A stretch of 62,708 nt of DNA, filler included, from Diploschistes diacapsis (Eukaryota), in the NCBI GenBank assembly GCA_023645945.1. It is 9 parts of 9 records of this genome, joined end to end, with 100 filler letters (N's around TTAATTAATTAA, not from the genome) between each part and the next. Parts side by side here need not be neighbours in the genome. Positions count along the whole stretch, not along the records: positions 34,511 to 58,596 come from JALAIB010000248.1; 8 more parts are not named here. One strand, 5' to 3'. The first letter of the stretch is position 1. Every line of letters begins with the position of its first letter. A program made the position numbers and the translations under genes. Shown in pieces: positions 35,035-47,669 of this stretch. Under the pieces are notes generated by a model that worked only from the letters and a program-made list of their open reading frames with translations, ran no database searches and had not been told where the DNA came from.

Positions 35035-35234
35035 ACGTGTTTCACCACACAACGGAACACACCACAAAGCGGAACACTACATTATAATGCAATCAAAAAA
35101 AGGCCGAAGAACGGGGTAGTGTAGTTGAGAGCAGATTTAGCTTCGTACAAATATGGAAGCGCTCGATCTAGCGCAATTACATTATAATGTAGTGTTCCGC
35201 TTGGTGGTGTGTTCCGTTGTGTGGTGGAACACGT
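35035..35234. mobile_element. 200-bp Tc1/pogo-type MITE with TA target duplication
   Basis: TA|ACGTGTTTCACCACACAACGGAACAC...GTGTTCCGTTGTGTGGTGGAACACGT|TA, with ~58-bp imperfect TIRs. Confidence 0.88.
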
Positions 35235-35564
35235 TATATTCTCTGATGTCCCCAAAGCTACCAGTTTTCCCAGGTTGCAGTTTCTTTTTACTTTACCAGT
35301 ACGGTCGCCATCAAATCTTGTTCTGGCTGTCTCTATTTGTGCTAAATTATATGGCTACTAACACACGGCATGGCTCTGTCATATCATATCATGATCTCGG
35401 CTCTATTTAAAACGTTTCCGCCTCGTCGAAAGAGCGCGGAACATGTGCGAATTTATGGCCATCTCTTGATCTAACTGGTTGACTTCTGTTTTCTTACAAA
35501 AACAACGCAGGAGTTAGTAAAGTATATAGCAGCATCTTCTTCCGCAACCTGAAGGCCGACCACC

Positions 35565-37736
35565 ATGTTGGTCTTTCATTCTTCAGCAGCGTTACAATGG
35601 TGCCGCCTATTTTGGTAACAACACTGTTACCAGCCGGAGCCTAATGGATGGGGCGCGTCGAACTTATTGTAAACTTGCGTCTTTACCATTGGATTGTGTT
35701 TTTATAGCGCTGTACATCTAATTAGATGTGCCGGACCATAAAAGGAAGGACTGACACAAAGTGGGAGATAAAGCTGCTTTTTCAGTGGCCGGTCTTCCGG
35801 CTCCTGGAATAGTAGCTATCTTGCTTGGATCCAGAGAAGGGACGTGCAGGCTATTACCGATGCTCAGAACCGGGCACGAGGTTGGCCAGTACCGGAACCA
35901 TGGTATCGAAGTGTCTGGCACTGATTCGTGGGTCTCTCAGGCGTAAGCCAGGAAAGGATTCAAAGGAAGTTGCAACGCGGCAGCAGGAGAGACCAGCCTG
36001 TCATAACTTGACCCTGGGAGGGGCTCGAAGTTTGCCGGAGCACAAGGTGCACACATTCAAATTCGGACCCCAGCAAGAAGCAAGGTCAACCTTCTTATCG
36101 GCTGGAACACAGCCTTTTCTACCTGATGGGTAGGCTTGCCTTTGATGTGATAGACGACCCGGTGAGGATATAGCCTGATGATCTTGAACGCATGACCGTC
36201 GACCCAAACCTGGTCATATGGTGCAAGGGGAACCGAGACAGGCATGTCCTGCCTTTAATAAACAGAGACGATATCAAGGACAAGAGCAAGGCCGGTAGAT
36301 TCGCGAAAACTCATGTCTGTGTCCAGCCAGGCTATTTGGTTCTACCTGCAGCTCATTGCACGTTTAGCACAGCGTTAGGCGATATTAAGAATAATTTGCA
36401 CACCCAACACCTTTCCCGTTATTTTAGGCATATGTGAAAGCTCGAAAAATGCTTCAGATAGATGGATCATATTTGGTTTGAAGCATCCTTTAAAGCTCTT
36501 GTGTGGGTCTAAGGGTTGAATAATACCGCCTGAGCGTCCACCAATCAGCTTGTTGGAGCTCACTACTTTCGCGCATGCGCTCTGTGCGTTTTTGATCTAT
36601 CTCTTCTGGTGGCCGAGAGTCTCTTGATAATGACGAGCCGATTACAATTTGCACGAAAGGGACAAAAACAACAGAATCTTTTGCGCGAAAGTTTCGCTCG
36701 AGTCTGATCTGGGCCCATGTAGCACAGCTCTTCACCAAAGTACAATCCGTAAACATAGGGATCTGCTGCAAAGCAAGAGCATGTCTCTTGCTTCACGTTT
36801 CCCACGTCGCTATCAACTTACGCTGGGGTCACCGAGCTTTTACGAGACTTTGGAACGATGCGGTCGACAACGGCAATACTGATTGGTTCCCATATCATCC
36901 CAGGGATGAGCCGCATGACCGAGGATCGTGAATTGACCCAAGCACGTTCTGATCCAAGGGCTCGATACGACCAGCAGAGAATTTGAGACAACTTCGTCGG
37001 AAACATGGCGATTCTGTTCCTGGGACGCCCCTCAGGCTGACGTGTAACGGTTGCTGTGAGATAGATCGTGACTCTATACGGCATCTTCAATTGGCATCGA
37101 AATTCCGATTCAAGAACCATGACTAGTTTCTGAGCGGTTACGTGCTGATCAAGCGTGCCAATTTTAGCTGGTAGGTCAGGTTCCGCGAAGTATCTCCATC
37201 GGGACGAGATCGGCCGGTTGAAGAGAACCATGAGCTCATATCACAAGTTTCTAGGCTTTTGGGAGATGCATAATGAAGCTTGAGCTTTTACTTCCTTGTG
37301 AAAGCCAATGTTGCGCTTGTGCTCGCAGGATTTTCCTACGGAGGTCTCCAGGCCCTCGGGATCGACTTTCCGCTGCGCACGCGGGCTGAAACCACGCTTT
37401 TGGCGATATCGATTCTGTTCGTCGCAAGTTTGGCTATCACTTTGGTTGCCCTGGTGGCCTTCGGGCCCATCTTTCTTAGAAATCTTTTCTGGGATCGAGG
37501 TCGTCAAACAGAGTCTCCTGATTGGGATGGACGATGCTGCTCCAGTGCTCCATTCTGCGGGCTTTCATCTGGCCTATAATCACCGCCAGTACTTTACTTA
37601 TTCCCATTACCGCTACCTTGTACCCTTTTTTTGCAGGGTTTTCATCATTTTTGAGATATTCCTGGAGTTACCAAATGTTGATCCTGGAGTTTGTGATACG
37701 CCCAACTGGTCCGTTTGCTGGCCGCACATTGGATAG
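35565..37736 (+). pseudogene. Pseudogene of an uncharacterised fungal multi-pass membrane protein family
   Basis: Ordered remnants EPNGWGASNLL*TCVFTIGLCFYSAVHL, HSLFYLMG, DIKDKSKAGRFAK..VCVQ, YGGLQAL..FPLRTRAE and FIIFEIFLELP..PGV..TPNWS..WPHIG*. I recognise these as a common fungal hypothetical family. Many stops and frameshifts. Confidence 0.7.
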
Positions 37737-38495
37737 GATCCCAAGCGGGTGCCATGCCAGATACAAATAGCGGAACTCGTACTCTCGCCTCTAGTCGTCC
37801 CCACCAATAACTCGCTACATTGCGTACAGGGAGTGCCGAGAGCCTGCGCCTGCTTATCGTGACCTTCGCATAGACGCCGTCGGCGTGATCTATAGGACGA
37901 CGAGCACGTTGGACGTTGTAGTGGCTTAAGAACCATATGGGGCACAGCCTATAGATGCCGGCGAAACTCGGCTCCATGATCGGGTCTCTATGAACAATCA
38001 CTGTCGTCGGGCGCAGTGCTTGCAAAGGTGGATCGTTATCCTATTACTTTCTTCATTGGTGACATCCAGGATTCTTGAGCTGACGAGGAGGTGGAGATCT
38101 CCGAAGAGTCATGCATAGACCCGGCGCGAGAGGTAAGTGGGAGTTGCTCAGGAATGCGGGATCACCGATAAATTGGAAGCGTGATGCACTGCAACAAGCT
38201 GCTGGAGGAACCTGTTTGAGAAAGTAAAGAGTGACCACTTTGTGGCCAAGACTGTAAGCTTTTGGCGAAAGTCGAGAATGGGGTTCCTTGATACATTCTC
38301 GTAGTCTGCGGTCAGGCGTGAAGAAAGAAAAGCTATACACTAGAAATGAAAGTGTGCCCCAGGGTCGCAGCAACGCGCGAGTTGCTCTACGCCGCAATCG
38401 TACAAATGAATAACACCGATGAATTGGAATCGCATCCCATCCCCCCCCCCAAATTCCCGAACCCGTGACCTTCTTCAGCCACGCCGAGCAGAAAG

Positions 38496-39928
38496 TCACT
38501 TCCGCGAGCTTGCCCCACTCTCGCTGTAAGACCCCGTGATGGCATTGAAGTTGATCTGCCCACCCGCGGCAGAGCAATCCCCACTGATGGTCGCCCCCGT
38601 AAAACTCATAATGGCATCCCCGTTCCTCGTAACCGTGTACGCCACCGCGCCCGTCGCGCCGTTCGTGGGCACAGAGAAGTAGTTGACGCCCGCCACGTTC
38701 GCGGTGCCCACGGGCTGCGCGGCGCCGCCGCCAATGGAGACGCTCAGGTCCGCGGGCGAGTTGACAAGAAGATAAACGTCGATGGCGTCGGTGGAAACCG
38801 CGGCCGCCGAGACGGGTGCCTGGTACGGCGCGTTGCCGACGACGTCGCCGGCGGAGCAGTCGCCCTGGTTGGCGGCCGGGTTGATCTTGTGCGCGTAGAC
38901 GAGATCCTCGGCGTAGTGGGTCGAGGAGCCGTTGGTGCCCTTGTAGGCGGCGATGTAGGCGGGCAGCAGGAGCCGGTAGGCGTCGTGCGGCATGCCGTCG
39001 ACCCACGCGCTCGAGCCCGGGTATTCCTCGGCGGCGTTGAGCGGGCCGATGTAGTGGCTCTCGCCGAAGTCGTTCCAGGTTATGATCTCGACGAGCTGGG
39101 GCTGGAGCTGCTGGGCGGCTTGCCAGCGCTCGTTGAAGAGCTCCTTGCCGCGCCAGGTCCAGGTCTTGCCGAGCGAGGGCAGGTTGGAGTAGAACCAGGG
39201 GGAGATGCCCATCATGTAGGGCTTGCTACCCAGGAAGGATTGCCAGGCGGTGTCGATGGAGTCGGTCATGTCTGTTGAGCAGGTCAGTACAGAGATTGAT
39301 GGTTCGAAGGATTGCGTTGGAGCGGCCGTACCATTTGCGCCGACGGGCCAGACGTCCCATGACAGAGCACAGTCTGCGTTGGCGAAGTAACTGGCCTGGC
39401 CCTTCTCCGAGGTGTAGTCGGGGCAGAAGAAGGCGCCGGTGTTGGACTTGATGGTTGACCAGTCGCCAGCATTGCCAGGGCCTTCAAAGGTAGAGGCCAT
39501 GGGCCGCGTGCCGTAGTCGTACTGGGCATCCTTGCCCTTGTATGTATTGATCAGGCCGGAGACGGTGGGGATGTCGAACGAAGGATTGGCCGCGTAATCA
39601 AAGGAGATGAAGAGCTTGAAGCCCGTGCCTTGCGCTGCGTTGTACGCGTTGTCGAGCTGAGGCTGGGTGTATGTCGAGGTATCGATGTTCTCGCCGCCGA
39701 TGTTCAGAGCGAAACCGTCGATGCCCGCCTGCTGAGCTAGCTGAATGTTTTGCGCCCAGTCGCTCTCCTGGAAGCTTTGCACGTTCCCGACCTGAGGCTG
39801 TTGGCGAGGGTCAATAAGCACCGTCGGATACATACAATGAAGTGTGCAAAGACGGCTTTATCTTGCGCATAGACGCCAGAAGTGCGCAGCGCGAAGGCCA
39901 GAGCTATGGCTGCCTTGAGGAATTGCAT
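38496..39928 (-). CDS. Secreted GH71 alpha-1,3-glucanase (mutanase)
   Basis: Signal peptide, KAVFAHFI/VGN, AGIDGFALNIG, FKLFISFDY, STFEG, YMMGISPWFY, EIITWNDFGESHYIGP. Introns at 39792-39835 and 39272-39331. Confidence 0.94.
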
Positions 39929-40999
39929 TCCGAGACGCTATGGCGAGTCACCAGCTTCGTACTCGTGCTCAATGAGGAAAGGTACAGGAAAGTTTCAGGG
40001 ATAGAGAGAACAGCGAAAAGAGAGTGACTAGGAAGAATCAAACAAGGACGATGGCCTTCTATAGGCACCACTATCGTACAACAACGAGCACTCCAGAGTC
40101 AAGGAAAACATTTATCTGACAGCAACCCCTCAGAACAAGGGTAGGGGTAGGATAGGTTTTTCATTGTTTCATAGAGAGTTTCATGCTTTGTGAAAGGGGC
40201 GAGGTCGGTAATGACGGCCGTTTACAATCTACCTACATTCTCGCTCAGCCACAGTGTATAAAGAGTACTGCTGTCTGCCCCCCCTTTTTGTGAATAACGC
40301 ACACGTACGGGTTGAACGAACGCCGGCATCTGCAACCTTACCTGCTGCTGTTGCATAGGGGTGCCCCTATACCCATCTGCGGAAATGGAGATGCCAGTCT
40401 CCGGCCCCCCCTCCTCCCCCCAGAAATGCAAGCTCTCTTATGTGAATGGCGCTGTTGCCCCTTCGATTTGTTACGTTGGTGTGCCGTTGTGCAACGTTGC
40501 GCACATACGTACTACGTATCAATGTAGTATTGGGGGGCACTGGCTTGGAAATCGGCTCAGACCATTCAGAACAATCAAAAAAGACGTTGCGCCATCAAGG
40601 CTACATTTAGTACTACAGCAAAAAGGTAGTCTTTGTAACAGAGTCGCAGATCGCTTTGCTTAGTGGGAGAGCTTGAATGGCCTGCAGCGGGAAACAATTT
40701 GCACGAATCATGTAGGAACGTGGCTTTGCTATATCCGGGCCGAATAGGCAAGAAAGTAAATTCTCGAAATTGCTAACAGCAGGCGCAGCAACCGCACCCC
40801 CATAATGATCCCGATATCAGCAAATATCAGCAGATATTTCCCAGACTCCTCCCTCATACCTCCAAGAATATCATCCGACCAGCTTCCCGTTGACGACATG
40901 AACCGTCCCCATGAAGCCCCCATAATTCTGCTTCCTTCCGCAGCCAAACCCCCCTCTCATCCTATTTGACTAACTAGAAAGCTTCATCCCCTCCTTCGC

Positions 41000-42352
41000 T
41001 CACTCCCCAAACTTCTTCGCAAGCATACCCTCGGGCGGACTCGTCTCCACCGGCCCCTTCTTTACCTCCCCCCAATTCGTGCTCAGCGCCGTCCCGTTGC
41101 TCTCCGTGTAGCTCTTCATCATCGCCCGCCTCGTATCCGGATCGGCGTTCTTGTACAGCTTCTTGAAGAACCCGTTCACGGGATCGCCCTCGTCGTCGGA
41201 CAGGTAGGGCTCCTCTTCCTCCTTTGCTTCCGCGTCGCTGTCTTGGTCCGCGTCTTTGCCGTCGCCCTCTTCTGCCTTTGCTTTGCCCTTCCCCTTGTCC
41301 TTGGGCTTGGCTTTCTTCTTGGTAAGGTCTGTGGCGAGTTTGTCCCAATTCTTTGGGCCGGACTTGGAGGAAGTAGGGTATGCGGGTGCGGAGGCCTTTG
41401 TAGTCGGTTGGTGGAGGACTGCTTGGCGGACCGCGTCGTCTTGGTTGCCAGAGCTAGAGTCTTCGCTTGGTATGGCCTCGGTTCCTTCGAGGCTGTGCCA
41501 TTTACGACCGGGCTCGGCTTTTTGGAGGGTTAGCTCGATCTTCGTAGATAATATCTTGTAGCTCGAGCTCGAAGGATCGATGCGCGCGAAGAGTGGGTCG
41601 AGCGAGAAGTCGTAGTCGGATCCCGTCGGGAGAGGGAAGGAGATGGCGATGGAGCCGGGTTGGATGTCTATGGCGGCCTTGTCGTTTGGTACGCCTTTTA
41701 CCATGAGCGATATGGTGACGGTTTGAGCGCTTTGATACCAATCGTGACGGATCTTGCTTAGCGGCGTTTGCACAACGCCCGGCTCTTGAGCTTGAGAAGG
41801 GGCTTGTGGTTCCAGAGCTGTCCCGCGTGCAGTCGTCGCTTCCGAGGCAGAACCGTGGCCTGCGCTTCCATTGACGGTCTCATTGCTCTGTGCAGAAGCG
41901 CCCTCAACAACCTCCTCAGCCGTCAGCTGTGGCACCTCCCTAACCTTCACGACCGCTCTCTCATCTCCTCCCTCCAGGCCCGTCAGCTTCCCTTCCACCT
42001 TTGTCTCCCATATACCGATAGTGTTATCTTTAGGCAGGATTGCCTTCGCCCACTCAAAGCACTTCTGCGAGTCTCCGAACCTATCCAACGAGAACAAAGC
42101 GATAGCCCTTCTAAGCTGCGCCTGCCCGATCAACTCCCGCTTGCCCCGCTCCCTAGCCAGCACCAAGGCGCGCTCTGCATCTTGCAGAGAGCTAGACGGG
42201 TCAGACGGGCTCTGACGGTGGAAGGCGATTGAACGCTGGATATAGTATGGAACGCCCCTCGGATTCTGGCCAATAGCGGTCGTGTACTCGGTGATGGCAG
42301 TGGTGAAGTCTTTCCTTCCAGCTGCGGCGGCGCCACGGCTGGCTGCTTCCAT
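41000..42352 (-). CDS. SGT1: Hsp90 co-chaperone Sgt1 (TPR-CS-SGS)
   Basis: KIRHDWYQS CS domain; YPTSSKSGPKNWDKL and AMMKSYTESNGTALSTNW SGS domain. Single exon. Confidence 0.96.
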   Translation of the reverse strand: MEAASRGAAAAGRKDFTTAITEYTTAIGQNPRGVPYYIQRSIAFHRQSPSDPSSSLQDAERALVLARERGKRELIGQAQLRRAIALFSLDRFGDSQKCFEWAKAILPKDNTIGIWETKVEGKLTGLEGGDERAVVKVREVPQLTAEEVVEGASAQSNETVNGSAGHGSASEATTARGTALEPQAPSQAQEPGVVQTPLSKIRHDWYQSAQTVTISLMVKGVPNDKAAIDIQPGSIAISFPLPTGSDYDFSLDPLFARIDPSSSSYKILSTKIELTLQKAEPGRKWHSLEGTEAIPSEDSSSGNQDDAVRQAVLHQPTTKASAPAYPTSSKSGPKNWDKLATDLTKKKAKPKDKGKGKAKAEEGDGKDADQDSDAEAKEEEEPYLSDDEGDPVNGFFKKLYKNADPDTRRAMMKSYTESNGTALSTNWGEVKKGPVETSPPEGMLAKKFGE

Positions 42353-43207
42353 ACTTTGCGAATGTATCTAGTTACTTTTGTTCGTGGTGAAATGAGTAAT
42401 ATTTAAATGGAGAAGCAGGGTAGTCTGATTCCAAAACGGACAAGTAAGGAAGAAGAAGTAGGATGACTTTGTTACCGTATGAGATGATACTGGAGCAGGT
42501 GTAGAAATGAGCGCTAGATCTTACTCCTGTAGATGTCAACCCCTTTTATAGTGTCTACTACTAAGCTTCTAGATCTGCACTTTTCTTCATCTGGAGGGCT
42601 CTCTATAGATGTTCGGAGTTGACGTGTTTGTGAAATGTTTTGCGCACGGACCAATGACCTCCACCAGCTTCAGAGCCGCTCATTTTTGTACATCCTAATC
42701 CCCAATTCTGACATCTCAAATGTTCTTCATGCAAAGTAAGTTTGATACCACACAGTATATACCTTTATTTATCAGTGCAGTTTACAATTTCAAAAGCCCT
42801 ACAAACTTCGTTGGTTTCATGTCCTGAAAAGTCGTGTTGGCCATCTTTCGTTTTACTCCCTAATAGCTACCTCAGCGACCGTTGCAGTCATCGCCCAGAA
42901 TCTTCTCGAGCACCCATGTGGTTTTACGCAAAAGAATCAGAGAACCACCCAGCCAGTGCAGAGCCCAAGTCAACCAGAAACCCCGAAACAGAGAAAAGGG
43001 ATGAAGAAAAGTCGTTTCCTTTCCATGAATGAACATTTCATCACATCACATTCCATTCCATCCATAGCTTCTTTTCGAACGCCAGAGTCCCTCGAGAACC
43101 CGAGGGCCTCGTCCTCGATGGTTGCATGCTGAAAGTTTGTCTAGGTACACACGAGCAGAGCTCAGAATCGAAGTATGTACAATGCATAGGGCTTCAAAGA
43201 TGATCAT

Positions 43208-46200
43208 CTAGAAGTGGGGGTCCTGCATCATCGGCAGCATCTCGGTGCCTGCGGCTCTCATGCCACGTCTTAGGGGGCTGCCGCTGGTACCATCGCCTCC
43301 AGGTCCGTCAATTATCATGTCCTGACTCGGATGCCCGTGAGGAAGCATCCCATTTCCAGAAGTCAAATCACGAACGAACGCACGGTAGCTATTCTTCTCA
43401 TGGGTCAGCAGAGGGGGTTTTGATGCTTGAACTTCAGCTTCACGCTGCATTTGAAGCTGGAAATCTTGCGGGGAAGAGAACTGTAATCCATGAGCATGAT
43501 TATTGAACGCCGAATACGCAATCGGGTCGTGCGAATGAAGCTGGCCATAAGGGTTGGTGTTTGGGTAGGAGGGCCCAAAATCAGGAATACCGGGTGAATT
43601 GGAAAACGATCGAAAGTTAAACCCATCAGTAAAGGCGGAACTCTGCAGCAAGGAAGGTGACATGGGCGGGCCCATCTTGTTGCTTCGGAATCGCTGCTGG
43701 TGCTCGCGCTGTCTCCGCTCCGCTTCCTGTTGCTGAAGCATGGCCTTTTCGGTGCTGATGGTGCGGACATGGCCCTTTACAGCTTCGCGCTGGCTGGCCG
43801 TCCGTCGGTTCAAATAGTCCTGAGCCAAACTCCCAGAGCGCGGTCTCAGGGTCTTGGCGGGTTGCGGGTTCGGTAACCATGCTTCAGTGATGCCGAAGCC
43901 TGCAGCATAAGGCGATTGGTAGACAGCAGGGCGTTGGGATGCAGCTTCCTGGAGGTAGGGATATTTGGCTATCGCCTTCATGGAGTCACTCCGAGACCTG
44001 GAGCCGCTGCATGAGTGAGCGCTCGAGGGGGGCGTCTGGTGACTTGTGGAAGGGCGACTGAACGGTGACTGCGTAGTCGGGGATGTACTGGACATCATGT
44101 TGGCAACTGGAGCAGCCTGGTGAGCCTGCGACTGTACAGGGGCCTGCGGTTGGCTTGCGCTCTTCTGCTGTAGAGCGGCTTGAAGCTGTAGACTTTCAGT
44201 ACAAGACCAACCTAAAAGAAGTCGAGAAACTTTACCCGTCGAATTTCTTCCAAGCTTTGCTGCGGATTCTTTGCAGCTTCCATGACCTTCGACATGGGTA
44301 TCATGCCAGACCCCATGCTTGCCATCGGGGCTTTTGGGGTCCGCGGAGCCTGAAGAGTCTTGGCGTCTGATGAGACAGAGGTATTGATTGGTGGTGCTTT
44401 GAACGTGTTCGGCTTCGGCTTGGGTGCAACCGGAGCAGTGTGCGAGGCCGATGTGGTGACTCTCGTCGCGGCCGGTCTTTGCCTCGCGGTAGATCCTGCG
44501 ACTGCGCTCTTCTCCCGCTGGATGCTCTTGAAGAGATCGCTGTAGAAATTAGGAGACTGCTTATTAAGCCCTTGAAGGCCACTGAAACTGCTGGGTTTGG
44601 ATTGCGGTTGTGTGGGATAAGAGGCGGGATAGGATTGGCGCGGAGTTGGCGGCAGTGGTGCAAGCACAGGTCGGACGCTGTCGAGAAAGTTGGCAGCCGG
44701 ATCGTTGAGCGCAATGGCTAGATCACCAGTGTACTGGGCTTTGGCCTCGGTGGAAGTCTTGCCCAGGTAGTGCCACAAGGTCTTTTGTTTTGAAAGGTCG
44801 ACTCTGAGAGAAATTGGATTGGAGGGTCGGGCAGTGTGGAATTCGGACCAGACGTGATGGACGTTGGGATCGTTGAAAGGATCGTCCTGTTTTGGAACTT
44901 CGTTGGTTGGATGTTCGGTCGAGGTAGATTTGTGATGGAGAAGGTGCGCAGGCAGAGGCTTGGCGTGCTCCGAGGGAGGTGTGAGGTGCGAAAGCCCTTT
45001 ATCCAGGATAAGGACCCACTTGTGGTCCACCTCGATCCGGGCGCTAAAAAAAATTCAGCAACGATTGGCATCTACCAAAAACAAGGGCCCGTGAGGTTTT
45101 TTCCAGAGCCCATCCTCTAAGCCTTTAAACTAACAAACTTTGAAGAGAAGAAGCTGAAGACTCGAAGAGGTACGGGGGAATACGGAGTGGGCGGAGTACG
45201 AAAAAAAAAAAAGGACTACACTTACCCTTGCGGCATACTTTCTACCAGGAGCGTCTTTTCGCTCACTCGATTCTCCAACACTAGTCCTGCGAAAATGTCG
45301 CCTAGGTAGTACTGGTACTGGACCATGTCGCCCCTGTTCAATTTCGCGGTAGCTTTGCGTATAAGGCTGTTGTCTTCGAGCGCCTGCGTGCAAGCCTGCC
45401 GGTCGAGATACTTCGGACGACGGGTGCGATGGAACCGACAACGGAAATCGTAGGCCTCTTGCGCATACTCTGTGCCGTCTTCGTCGTAGACAGAAATGAG
45501 GCCTTGGTCAATTTGGACGCCTGCAGCATATGCGCACGTTGCGTGGTAGGCTCTGGCACACTTCTTCTGTGAGCACTGAAATACGGCACCCCGCTTGTTG
45601 CGGCAGTAATAGCACTTCAACTCCAGACGAGCCTTTTCGATCTGATCAATGCCTCGCACAATCTCGAGATCTTTGCCCTTGGATATCCAAGTCTCGGGGG
45701 TGTACTCGGCGCACCGTCTATGAGCTTGACCTTTCCCGGTATCGGTTGCCAAAAGCTCTTCGAAGGGTTGATCGTTCGGACACAGGAGACAAGGCTCGAC
45801 AACAGCAGGCGCACGAAGCTTGATGCGGAGCTTCTTCGTCTTGCCCTTCGCTTCTTTGTTTTGGTCACGCTTCTTCCTCTGGACCCGTGACTTGGCTTTG
45901 CCATTCTCACTGCCTGGTGGAGTGGGAAGGTCAACAGGCTCCTCAAGATCCTCATCCTCCTCCTCGTCGGTTTCTTCGTAGTACTCGGGTGTTGGTTCAC
46001 CACGCAGCTTGCGCTCAATGTCCCAAACGTCAACCCAGACGCTATCCGCTTCGCAGTTACACTTTCTCGCAATCTTGCCGTAATCAAGCCATGCCTCTGT
46101 AGCAAAATTGACTGACTCGGCGCAATTGTAACCTAGGTTATACCCCGAATGGTAGCCGTAAGGGAACGTAATGACGAACTCTCCCTCATTGTGCACCAGC

Positions 46201-47669
46201 CGGTTCACCTCAATGTTGTACTGAGCCTTTAGGATTTGCGGCGATATCAGATAGGTCTTGTGGCGCAGGAATTGGTCGCAGTTCTTGGCATCCTGTGGCC
46301 AAAGATTACGCATCGCTGCCTCAAAACGTCGCGCATCCGCTTGAGAAATACTGTACCACTGCTTTGGGGCCCCGAAATGGATGTAGTTGATGCTGTAGAG
46401 ATCGACGTCTTCCAAATGCCATGCAAAGGTCGCTTTCCACATCCCCAAGTACAAATAGGCCGTGTTAACACCCGGAACTTTCTGCCCAAGAACATCCAGG
46501 AGGTTTTCGAGGTGCGCAACGTTCCAGCTTGTGGTCGAGTCGTCGAACAATGAACCCGGCATGTCCGCACCGTACATGGGATTGTTGAACGTCAGGCTCT
46601 TCCAATAGGCTGTTTCAAGCTCGTGGCACCTTTCTGGGGTCCATTCCTCTTGATTGTGGACACGGTAGTCAAAGCTCCTGAAAGCCTCTTCGTCGATGAC
46701 GTCTGCCTGTTCGCCTCTGTTGTTCTTCCTTCTCGATGTAACAGATTTTGGTTGGCGGCCGCGTGATTTTGATGGAGTTTCTTCCTCTTCACTGTCACTG
46801 TTCGGTTCCCGCTTCAGCCTTTTGGTTCGTTGAGGCGGCGAGGTCGGGGTTGGCGGAACCTGAAGGGTCTCCTCCGAACCGTTCCTGTGGGTCGTTGTAG
46901 GCAGCGGCCTAACTCGCGGACGTCCTGGACCACGTTTCTTCCTCTCAGACTGTTGGACAGGAGAATTCTTGGCGGCACGAGACGAAGCTCCAGCTCTTGT
47001 GACCTTCTCTTGATTCCGCCTCCTCTCCCCGCGTCTTGCGGGTGGCTGGTGGTTGCTCTCTTCACATAGGGACTTCCACTGAGGGAGGTTATAAGAGCGT
47101 TGCTTCTCCATGTTCGCTTGCGTATAGGTCCCGTGCGTGCCATGAAATTCTTGTGTGATTGGATTCTTGACTTTGACCGTCTTGACGGCTTCGTCGAGTT
47201 GCGGAAGAGAGTGGCGCCTTGAGTCGTTTGATTAATATATTGCGCATTAATTTAAGGATTCGGAGGTACCCACCATTCTTTTGGTGGGATGACTTTCACG
47301 ATACCAGACTTCATGCCGTACTTGTCGATCTTGCCGATGAACTTCTTGAAGCTTTCGAACTGCTTCATCGTCTGTCGATACATTAGGACCAACTCGAATT
47401 CTTTTGAGGTGTCGCAGATGTCCTTGAATAGACCAGGGCCATCTTGGATTCACGTGACTTACCGGCGTGAAGACTGGCACCTTCCCCCCTTCGTAGTAGT
47501 ATGCTGGCTCTATTTCTCCAATATCATCTTGATCAATGTCCATGTCCGAGAGATCAGAGCTCGAATCTCCGTTCTTCGCTTCTTCACTTGCAGGTGGTGT
47601 GAGTGTGGGCTTCGCTTCCTCCTCCTTTATCATGACAGGCTCTGTCGTGGGTGGAACGACTTCAGCCAT
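43208..47669 (-). CDS. RPH1: JmjN/JmjC histone demethylase KDM4 family (Rph1/KdmA) with PHD-like zinc finger
   Basis: JmjN VPVFTP/TMKQF..GIVKVIPPKEW; JmjC YLYLGMWKATFAWHLEDVDLYSINY and YGYHSGYNLGYNCAES; ePHD CYYC..CARAYHATC. Four introns (~47372-47462, ~47218-47273, ~45046-45225, ~44182-44235). Confidence 0.93.

Noticed and set aside
38053..39006. 317-aa alternative-frame ORF, and similar shadow ORFs over CDC7, GCV1 and gene 1
   Set aside because: By-products of high GC3 in the real genes.
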